Of a DNA stretch of 64,000 nucleotides, positions 17,673-24,862 are shown one piece after another. Within the stretch, counting starts at the first letter, position 1. Every line of letters starts with the position of its first letter. Below the pieces are notes generated by a model that had not been told where the DNA came from, did no database searches, and worked only from the letters and a program-made list of their open reading frames with translations. This stretch comes from an uncultured Bdellovibrionales bacterium (GTDB lineage Bacteria > Myxococcota > XYA12-FULL-58-9 > CAYXVF01), in the NCBI GenBank assembly GCA_964468125.1, contig CAYXVF010000019.1, forward strand, positions 1,975 through 65,974, in the 5' to 3' direction. The translations under genes were made by a program, and so were the position numbers.

Positions 17673-19321
17673 TCCGTGCCTTCCGCGAGCTGGTCTGCGC
17701 GTTCTTGCTCGATCGTGCGCTTCACCCGGCGAAAGAGTAGGTAGACGAAGCCGACGAGGAGGAGAGGAATGACCACCGTGAGAAGGGTGAGGATCCATTG
17801 CATCGTCGCGAGCCGCAGGCGAGGCGTGAAGGTCCAGGGGAGCTTCGTCAGCCGTGAGCCGTCGGCCTCGCCACCGTTGAGGTAGCTCGCGGCCATGCGG
17901 GCCATCTCGTTGGGCTGAAGCGCCCATCCTTCCGAGGCCAAGACGGCCTCCTCCACCGTGACGCGCTCCACGCGAGCCAGACGTGCGGCGAAGGCGGGCG
18001 TCGCCACTTCGAGGGTCGGGTCCACGGTTCCGTGAATGAAGAGTGCCTCGGGCTTTGCGGGCCCGGCGTCTTTAGGAGGGGCCACTTCGGTCGCGGATTC
18101 AGACGGGATGACGGTCTCGGAGCCCGTTTCTCGTGGTTCCGCGGCTTGCGCGGGCGCGGGCGCAGGCGCGTCGAGGGGGAGCCATTCGGGGTCGGGGGCG
18201 GCTCCGTAGAGGAGCAAGCGCGCCGGCGAGCCGAGGAGGTGATCGGGAGAGCGTTGATTCTCCGCGCGGTAGTCGCGCTCCGGGTCAAAGCCCAAGGGAA
18301 CGGTCTTGGCCAGGGCGTCGCCCCAAATGAAGAGGTTCTGCCCGATGCTGTCGCCGAGCCAGCTCATCATGGCGAGTCCGGCGTAGGAGCCATCCCCTGC
18401 CGCGGCCCAGGCGTCGACGGAGCGGACCGTGGATTCGCGCCCGAGCAAGGAGAGCGCCGTCACCAGAGAAAGGCGCCCGGAGTCGATCGAGGTGAACGCC
18501 CAACGTGAGGGCAGGCCCGCTCGGCCACGTTCGATCGCATCGAGCAAGTCGTCGCTATCGCAGTTCTCGCTTCCGGCGCAGCGACCTGCGATCGCTTCGA
18601 GGTGGCGTTGGAGCGCGTCGGCGTCGAGGAGGAAGGGACCGAGCGGCGCCGGTGAAGTGGCGACGATTCGAGCGACCCGGCCCGGATAGCGCTCCGCGAA
18701 GGCGAGGGCGACCTGCATGCCAAAGCCGTCGGCGAGAACGTGGACCCGTTCGTACTCGAGCACCGCGAGCGCTTCGTTCAGATCGCGTGCGACGTCGTCG
18801 AGTCCGAAATCCGCGAGCGAATGACCGGACTCGCGGAGGCGCTCGAGACAGTCGCGCGTGGCTCGTTGCACCTGGTCGAGGTGCGCTTCGGTCAGCGCCG
18901 GCGTTTCACGAATGACTCGGGCGACCTCGTTGCATTCGAGGGTGACGGAGCTGTCCGCGCCCCGGTAGCCGAGGCGCAGGAAATCGTTGCCTTGGGTCAG
19001 CTCGCGCGGCGGTAGGAAGTTGAAGTTGCTCTGTCCCGGTCCGTTCCCGAGGAACAGGATCGGGAGGGCCTCCGCCCCCGGGGCTTGTGCCTTGATCCGC
19101 TGCAGGGGCAGCGAGAGAAGCGCGTCGCCACCGCTCTCACGCTCTCGCACGACCAGCGTGCCGCAGAGCCCGTTGACGGGACCATCGAGCGTGTCGACCT
19201 CGCAGGGCTCGAGGCGCGGGTCTTCGAGGTTTGCCTCCTCGTCGAGCTCGGGGAGGGTGCGCATGCGGGATTCGCCGCAGGCGAAGGACAACGCGAGCAT
19301 GAGAAGAGCGGTTCGCTTCAT
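17657..19321 (-). CDS. Alpha/beta-hydrolase-fold lipoprotein (prolyl/tripeptidyl aminopeptidase-like) with a C-terminal TM helix; nucleophile motif apparently degenerate
   Basis: ATG 19321 opens MKRTALLMLALSFAC (lipobox). The PILFLGNGPGQS oxyanion-region pattern is present. The nucleophile-elbow region reads HVLADGFGMQVALAFAERYP. The C-terminus has the TM helix WILTLLTVVIPLLLVGFVYLLF. Confidence 0.55.
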   Translation of the reverse strand: MKRTALLMLALSFACGESRMRTLPELDEEANLEDPRLEPCEVDTLDGPVNGLCGTLVVRERESGGDALLSLPLQRIKAQAPGAEALPILFLGNGPGQSNFNFLPPRELTQGNDFLRLGYRGADSSVTLECNEVARVIRETPALTEAHLDQVQRATRDCLERLRESGHSLADFGLDDVARDLNEALAVLEYERVHVLADGFGMQVALAFAERYPGRVARIVATSPAPLGPFLLDADALQRHLEAIAGRCAGSENCDSDDLLDAIERGRAGLPSRWAFTSIDSGRLSLVTALSLLGRESTVRSVDAWAAAGDGSYAGLAMMSWLGDSIGQNLFIWGDALAKTVPLGFDPERDYRAENQRSPDHLLGSPARLLLYGAAPDPEWLPLDAPAPAPAQAAEPRETGSETVIPSESATEVAPPKDAGPAKPEALFIHGTVDPTLEVATPAFAARLARVERVTVEEAVLASEGWALQPNEMARMAASYLNGGEADGSRLTKLPWTFTPRLRLATMQWILTLLTVVIPLLLVGFVYLLFRRVKRTIEQERADQLAEGTDQSRS

Positions 19322-19425
19322 GGCGAGCGATGTAATGGTCGATCCGATTCCGGGCAAGCGCCGGCTTGACGCGCTCGGGCGCTGCGAACTACTTTCCGCG
19401 GGCCCAGACAAGCGAGGAGAGTGAC

Positions 19426-20475
19426 GTGAGACTACGTACGGCCCTGGTGGGAGTGTCCCTGGTTCTTGGTGCTGTTGCCTGCAAGAAGGAAATCCCGGTC
19501 TCCGAGCTGGCGGCGAGGGTCAATGGTGAGCCGGTTCTGAAGAAGGACTTTGAGGCAGCGGTGGCTCAAAACCTATCGCGCTACGAAAATGCGGGTCACA
19601 CGCTCGGCGACCCGGTGAAGGAGCGGATCAAGGAGAGCGTCCTGCGCCGTCTCGTCGAGCACAAGATCATGCAGCTCGAAGCGAAAAAGCTGAAAGTGGA
19701 GGTGACGCCCGCCGAGGTCGAAGAGCGCTTCCAAGAGCACAAGGGTCGCTGGCGCACCGAGGAGCAGTTTCAGGACTATCTGAAGCGCTCGCAGAACAGT
19801 GTCGAGAACATGAAGCGTGACCTCGAGCGCAACATGCTGCGTGATCGCGTCGTTGAGAAACTCGCCGGCGACGTGAACATCACCGACGAGGATGCAAAGA
19901 GCTACTACGATGAGCACCCGGAGCGCTTCGTGAACAAGGAGCGCGTTCGCGTCAGCCGGATCTACAAGCGGATCACCCCGGCGATGAAAGACGCGGACAA
20001 AGAGAAGCTGCGCAGCGAGGCGAAACGGCTTGCGGAGCTCGCGAAGAAACCCGACGCGAGCTTCGCCGAGCTCGCCCGCGAGAACAGTGACGCGGCCGAT
20101 GCCAAGAAGAATGGCGAGCTCGGCTGGGTGCTGCGAGGTCGCATGCCACCGGAATTCGAGCAGGTCGCTTTCACCCTGGAGCCTGGACAGGTCTCCGGCG
20201 CGGTCGAAACGCGCACGGGCTTCGAGATCATCAAGGTGTGGGAGCGCCAGCCGGAAAGCCGCCGCCCTCTCGAAGAAGTGGCGGCGACCATCAAGACCTC
20301 GCTCGAAGCACGCGAACGCAACAAACGGCGGCGCGACGTGCTGAAGCAGCTCCAAGAGGCGGCGAAGGTCGAAACGTTTCTCGAGTTCGAGACGGGACGG
20401 ACGCCTTCCGCGCGCGGCAAGCTCCCGATCGAGCAGCCGAAGCGGCCGAAGGCCACGCAGCCGCAGGCAGAATGA
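19426..20475 (+). CDS. Peptidylprolyl isomerase, SurA/PrsA-like (SurA_N + PpiC rotamase), lipoprotein
   Basis: GTG 19426 sits 5 nt after AGGAGA (19415-19420). The lipobox is VLGAVAC. The parvulin-like motif is GELGWVLRGRMPPEFEQVAFTLEPGQVSGAVETRTGFEIIKV. Confidence 0.75.
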   Translation: MRLRTALVGVSLVLGAVACKKEIPVSELAARVNGEPVLKKDFEAAVAQNLSRYENAGHTLGDPVKERIKESVLRRLVEHKIMQLEAKKLKVEVTPAEVEERFQEHKGRWRTEEQFQDYLKRSQNSVENMKRDLERNMLRDRVVEKLAGDVNITDEDAKSYYDEHPERFVNKERVRVSRIYKRITPAMKDADKEKLRSEAKRLAELAKKPDASFAELARENSDAADAKKNGELGWVLRGRMPPEFEQVAFTLEPGQVSGAVETRTGFEIIKVWERQPESRRPLEEVAATIKTSLEARERNKRRRDVLKQLQEAAKVETFLEFETGRTPSARGKLPIEQPKRPKATQPQAE

Positions 20476-20478
20476 GTG

Positions 20479-21606
20479 TCAGCGGGTGCAGACCGGGTTG
20501 GTCCCCGCGAGCTCGCCGCAGCTGACTCCGGTCTCTTTGACGCAGGCTCGGGTCGTCGTCCGGCACTGCCCGAAGGTGTCCCCGGCGCTCGGAACCTGAA
20601 CGCATTCCAGACCGCAATCTTCTGAGCCTGCGCAGGGCAAACCGGTGATCGCGCAAATGCCCGCGTCGCAGGCGCAATCGAGGCCGCTGTTGCAGCCGCG
20701 ACTGATGTTGACGCAGATGCCCTGCTGGCAGAGAGAGCCGACCGTTCCATCGATGAAGCGGACCGCGTCGTAGACGCCGTTGCAGTCTGCCTCGCCGACG
20801 CATTCACAGAAGGCCTGGGTGCTCTCCGAGCGTCCAACACAACGGCCGCCGTTGCTGCACGACGCGTCGTTGGTGCAGGGGGTTCCTACGAGTGTGAGCC
20901 CAACGCAGTTTCCAAAGCCGCCCGGGCAATCGCCGACGTCATCGCAGACGGTGGCGCAGTAGCCGTCCCCTGGGTTCACGCCTGTGTCGTCGATCAAGCA
21001 GGCCAAACCTTGCTCGCAGGTAACTCCCGCTCCGTTGTTGCAGAACTGGCAGAGCTCGTCGCGGTCCGGGTGGGGTTCGCAGCTCTGAAATGCTGCGTTG
21101 CAGCGGTCGCCGTAGTCGCAGTACTCCGGATCGGCGACTCCGCGCTCGACTGGGCAGCGCTCGCACGCACCCGCTACTTGACCTGCCACACACTGTCCGC
21201 CGTCGCACACATCGCCGAGGAGGCAATCACCGGCGTTTCGACACCCGCTCGTGCAGGTCTTGCTCTGTGGGTTGCAGAACTGCCCGAGGGGACAATGAAT
21301 GTTGAACTCGCAGGACGTGGCGAGGATGCAAGTTCCACCGCTTCGCTCGCCCGCAGAGCAGATCTCGTTCGCCTCGCAGTCCTGGTTGCCGACGCACTGG
21401 GGAGCGACTTGACAGATTCCGAAGCTGTTGCAAACCCGACCGTCACCGCAGACATCGTCCGTGCGGCACTTGCAGAGTGCGTCTTCGCAGAAGAACCCCG
21501 CTGGGCAATCCGGGTCGCTGGCGCAGGCGCCTGCGGCGGGCTCAGAGTCAGAACAGGCCGCGCCGAGCGAGAGCAGGGCCAGATACACGCCGACGCGTGG
21601 GGTCAT
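20479..21606 (-). CDS. Secreted cysteine-rich repeat protein
   Basis: ATG 21606 overlaps the upstream VWA gene stop as ATGA. A signal peptide/lipobox LLSLGAAC is present. The protein contains many Cys residues in D.DC..G.FC / C..G.C-type repeats. Confidence 0.65.
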   Translation of the reverse strand: MTPRVGVYLALLSLGAACSDSEPAAGACASDPDCPAGFFCEDALCKCRTDDVCGDGRVCNSFGICQVAPQCVGNQDCEANEICSAGERSGGTCILATSCEFNIHCPLGQFCNPQSKTCTSGCRNAGDCLLGDVCDGGQCVAGQVAGACERCPVERGVADPEYCDYGDRCNAAFQSCEPHPDRDELCQFCNNGAGVTCEQGLACLIDDTGVNPGDGYCATVCDDVGDCPGGFGNCVGLTLVGTPCTNDASCSNGGRCVGRSESTQAFCECVGEADCNGVYDAVRFIDGTVGSLCQQGICVNISRGCNSGLDCACDAGICAITGLPCAGSEDCGLECVQVPSAGDTFGQCRTTTRACVKETGVSCGELAGTNPVCTR

Positions 21607-22646
21607 GGGGTGCTCCCGGTGGCGAGCCGGTACTCGACGGTGATGTTGGCCTGGGCGCCGGGGATGACGTCCACCCCGAAGACGATCGCGTTTCGATCCG
21701 AGTCGTAGCTCCATCCCGCTTGCGTACCTTCCGGGATCGGGACGGGCTCGGGCGCGCCGACCTCCTGGACGCGGACGCAGAACGGAGCCGGCGGCACGTC
21801 CGGGCAGTCCACCGGTCCGCCGGTTTGTGGTGCGCCGGTCAGCTCGAAGACCGACTGCAGACCGGCGGCGCTGTTGGAAAGCCGGGAGAGCGCCTCGGAG
21901 AACTCGGAGCAGATGCTCGCGAGCTCGCCACCGCTCAGGCGGGCGAGCTCGGCGTAGCGTTCGCCCGGGCGGTTTGCTTCCCCGCGCGTAGGCTCGAAGC
22001 AGGGGGGCTCATCCGGCGGCGAGACGATGGCGGACACGCTGATCAGCGCCTCATTTCCCGCGCCTTTGTAGGCCTCGACGACGCGGTGGTAGTAGCCGGT
22101 GGGGCCGAAGCTCTCGTCGTCTTCGTCACTCACCATGATGACGAAGAGCGCCGCGTCGTCGCGGAAAAACCCCGGATTCGGTGGGGTTGGCGCGGTGCTT
22201 GGAACCCAGCCGGGTCCCACGCCGAGGGCCAGGGTCATGGTTTCAAAGCCTCGCTCCACCGGGGAGCCGTCGGTCCCGAGCGCCACATTCTCGAGGAAAA
22301 CACTCGCGGCGTTTGGCGTAGAAGGGGTGATGAAAGGAACGTCGCTCAGGCCGCGATTCAGAACGCCGCCATCGGCCGGATCGGTCGAGATCACGCCGAT
22401 GTGATAGTCGACCGCCGTTGCGATGAGGGTATTGATGAAAGACTGAAAAGACAGACCCAGGCCGTCTTGCTCCTGGCCCATCGAGTCCGAGTTGTCCACG
22501 ACCCACAGCACGTCGATCCGGGCCGAGGCATTTTGCGTGAACTGCTCGGTAGTGGGTTCGAGGGAGCGCAGCGTGTCCTCGCTGCAGCCGCAGAGGCAGG
22601 CCAGGAGAGCCAGCCCCCGCAGTCCGATGGAATCGAGCCGGACCAT
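21603..22646 (-). CDS. VWA-like domain lipoprotein
   Basis: The lipobox is LALLACLCGC. A MIDAS-like DxSxS motif occurs in VLWVVDNSDSMGQEQ. The gene is coupled to the downstream Cys-rich protein. Confidence 0.7.
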   Translation of the reverse strand: MVRLDSIGLRGLALLACLCGCSEDTLRSLEPTTEQFTQNASARIDVLWVVDNSDSMGQEQDGLGLSFQSFINTLIATAVDYHIGVISTDPADGGVLNRGLSDVPFITPSTPNAASVFLENVALGTDGSPVERGFETMTLALGVGPGWVPSTAPTPPNPGFFRDDAALFVIMVSDEDDESFGPTGYYHRVVEAYKGAGNEALISVSAIVSPPDEPPCFEPTRGEANRPGERYAELARLSGGELASICSEFSEALSRLSNSAAGLQSVFELTGAPQTGGPVDCPDVPPAPFCVRVQEVGAPEPVPIPEGTQAGWSYDSDRNAIVFGVDVIPGAQANITVEYRLATGSTP

Positions 22647-22667
22647 TCGCTATACTCCCCTCGAATT

Positions 22668-22703
22668 CGGCGTCTCAACGACGTTCTGCGACCGAAGACG
22701 CCG
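22668..22703. repeat. Inverted repeat CGGCGTCT-N20-AGACGCCG in the divergent region between the VWA operon and the HD-GYP regulator
   Basis: The arms, seen directly, are 8 bp each at 22668-22675 and 22696-22703. The repeat lies between ATG 22646 (minus strand) and GTG 22767 (plus strand). Confidence 0.3.
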
Positions 22704-22766
22704 GTTCTAGTGGGCACGTGGACGGGTTGTCAAACGCTGGAGAGCGCTCGAGGAGTCCAGGCGGGA

Positions 22767-24266
22767 GTGGCATCGATCGAGCAAAATGAGGTGGGGGGAG
22801 CGCCGCAGCAGGCGGCGCGGATTCTGGTCGTCGATGACGAGCCGGTCATCCTCGATATTCTCCGCGACGTCCTTGAGTACGAGGGATTCTCCGTGTCGAC
22901 GGTCGGCGATGGCGAGCTCGCCCTGCAGCGGATCCGCACCGAAGCGTTCGATCTCCTCCTCACGGACCTCAAGATGCCGCGCATCGACGGCCTCCAGCTC
23001 ATCAAGCGGATCGCGGACGAGGGGATCGGCGAGCGTTTCAAGACCGTGATCATGACCGGCTTCGGCACCGTAGAAACCGCCGTGGAGGCGATGAAGAACG
23101 GCGCCTTCGACTACATACTGAAACCCTTTAAGCCCGAAGAGGTGGTGCGCCTCATTCGCCGCGCCTTGGCCGAGCTGGAGCTGCAGCGCGAGAACATGGC
23201 GCTGCGCGAGACCCTCGGATTCTACGAGCTCAGTCAAGCGCTCTCGAGCTCCATGGGGCTCGATGAGCAGCTCACCCTGATCGCGGACATGGTGCGAAAC
23301 AACCTCGGCGCAGATGGCGTCTCCGTCCAGACCCTCGACCCGGAGGCTCCTTCGCACTTCGTTCAGCGCTTGTGTACCGGTCGAAAGGTTCACATTGAGG
23401 CGAGCAAGGTGCTCGGTGAGCTCGAGGACGCCGGTCGCCTCTTTGCCCACGGGGATGAGGTTCGGGACTGGGTGAGCGACGACCCCATTCCTCCGAGTGG
23501 CCTCGTCGGAGCGCCACTGAAAGTCCGGGGAGTGCCCCTCGGATTCATCGCTGCGTACACACACGAGGCGGGAAAACGCTTCACGGAAGGGCAACGAAAA
23601 GGACTGAGTGTCCTCGGCGCGCGAGCGGCGAGTGCGATCGAGCAAGACCGCATGTATCGCAACCTTCGCGACAGCGTGACGGCGACCATCGAGTCCTTGG
23701 CGCGTGCGCTCGAGGCGAAGGACCTCTACACGGCCGGTCACTCGGACCGCGTTGCGATCTACGGTCGTTTGATCGCCAAAGCGGTGGGTCTGGACGAGTC
23801 GGAGCAGGAGCGCACGTACCACGGCGGCTTGCTGCACGACATCGGCAAAATCGGCATCAATCTCGCGGTGCTGAACAAGGCGCAGAAGCTGACCCAAGAA
23901 GAATACGAAATGTTCAAGAGCCACACCGTGCTCGGAAAACGCATCATAGAGCCGGTGAAGTTCCTGCGGCCGCTGATTCCCTTCGTCTACGCGCATCACG
24001 AGGCATGGGATGGACGAGGCTATCCGGAAGGCTTGGAGGGGGAAGCGATCCCCTTCGAGGGACGCTTGCTGGCGGTGGCCGACAGCTACGACGCGATGAC
24101 GAGCAACCGGCCGTACCGTAAAGCCCTGCCGCACGACATCGCGGTGGCGGAGCTGCGTCGGTGCTCGGGCAAGCAGTTCGACGGAACCTACGTGAAGGCC
24201 TTCCTCGACGTGATCGAAGACTACCGAGAAGACGAGCGCAAAGCAGGCAAACCGGTCCCCGAGTGA
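22767..24266 (+). CDS. Response regulator with REC-GAF-HD-GYP architecture (putative c-di-GMP phosphodiesterase)
   Basis: The REC domain reads ILVVDDEPVI...DLLLTDLKMP. A central GAF-like segment follows. The HD-GYP motifs are HDIGKIGI and HHEAWDGRGYPEGL. The start is set at GTG 22767 after AGGAG (22751-22755), with an alternative GTG at 22791. The upstream 430 aa of the track ORF are antisense to real genes. Confidence 0.85.
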   Translation: MASIEQNEVGGAPQQAARILVVDDEPVILDILRDVLEYEGFSVSTVGDGELALQRIRTEAFDLLLTDLKMPRIDGLQLIKRIADEGIGERFKTVIMTGFGTVETAVEAMKNGAFDYILKPFKPEEVVRLIRRALAELELQRENMALRETLGFYELSQALSSSMGLDEQLTLIADMVRNNLGADGVSVQTLDPEAPSHFVQRLCTGRKVHIEASKVLGELEDAGRLFAHGDEVRDWVSDDPIPPSGLVGAPLKVRGVPLGFIAAYTHEAGKRFTEGQRKGLSVLGARAASAIEQDRMYRNLRDSVTATIESLARALEAKDLYTAGHSDRVAIYGRLIAKAVGLDESEQERTYHGGLLHDIGKIGINLAVLNKAQKLTQEEYEMFKSHTVLGKRIIEPVKFLRPLIPFVYAHHEAWDGRGYPEGLEGEAIPFEGRLLAVADSYDAMTSNRPYRKALPHDIAVAELRRCSGKQFDGTYVKAFLDVIEDYREDERKAGKPVPE

Positions 24267-24295
24267 CTCGGACTCGGTGAGACATGCTCTCTGCC

Positions 24296-24562
24296 CTAGT
24301 TGTTGGGTACGTTGTGCGTCGTCACGTCCGGGGCGAGCTCCGGACGAACCGCCGCCGCGAACAGCACGCTCAATCGCGGCGCAACCGACACCGCCACCGT
24401 CTTCTCGCCGCGCGCCTCGCTGAGCCGCGCACGTCGCGCTTCCTGCTTCTGTTCGAGCTTCGCCATGTACGCCTCGGCGTAGGCGGCCTTTGACGGGGCT
24501 TCGCCCGCTTGGGCGGCGAGGGGAAAGGCAAGGGCTGCGAGTGCAAAACAAAGGGTCTTCAT
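24296..24562 (-). CDS. Small secreted hypothetical protein (88 aa)
   Basis: ATG 24562 opens MKTLCFALAALAFPLAAQA, a signal peptide with an AxA cleavage site. The rest is helical and charged. Confidence 0.4.
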   Translation of the reverse strand: MKTLCFALAALAFPLAAQAGEAPSKAAYAEAYMAKLEQKQEARRARLSEARGEKTVAVSVAPRLSVLFAAAVRPELAPDVTTHNVPNN

Positions 24563-24635
24563 GGTCGTCTCTCTCGTGCGCCACGGCAAAAGCGCCGTAG
24601 TCGGACGGGTGGAATGCATGGGCCGTGCCAAAGCC

Positions 24636-24670
24636 GGAAAGCCCTCTGAGGGCCCTTTTTCCGCCTTTTT
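24636..24670 (+). terminator. Weak intrinsic-terminator-like element: GC hairpin followed by two T5 runs
   Basis: GCCCT(ctg)AGGGC forms the core stem at 24641-24653. GGAAA/TTTCC gives a possible outer stem. T5 runs lie at 24656-24660 and 24666-24670. The element sits in the largest intergenic region of the window. Confidence 0.2.
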
Positions 24671-24862
24671 GACCCGAGAGCGCTCGTGGGAGTGTTCAGA
24701 TGCGAACACCTCCTGATCGATACCGGACACATCGATGCGCTCTTGCGTGCCTATGTGTGTGTTGATGGTGGTGGTTGCGTATCTTTGACGCCTGGCGAGA
24801 TGCGCTGGCCGTGCTAAGCTGCTCGCGAGTAGCGCGGAGCACCGGCCCCGCACGAGTCACGC

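Noticed and set aside
21477-22766. The N-terminal ~430 aa of track ORF 21477..24266, which would make a 929-aa regulator.
   Set aside because: This part is antisense to the well-supported Cys-rich and VWA genes. It is Arg/Gly/Ala-rich with no motifs, and the recognisable REC domain only begins after nt ~22800. It is a typical GC-rich shadow frame.
22707-24584. The 625-aa minus-strand ORF opposite the REC-GAF-HD-GYP gene.
   Set aside because: It has no recognisable motifs and an Arg-rich composition. The plus-strand frame carries clear REC and HD-GYP signatures. Only its last ~88 codons (24296-24562) look like a real small gene.
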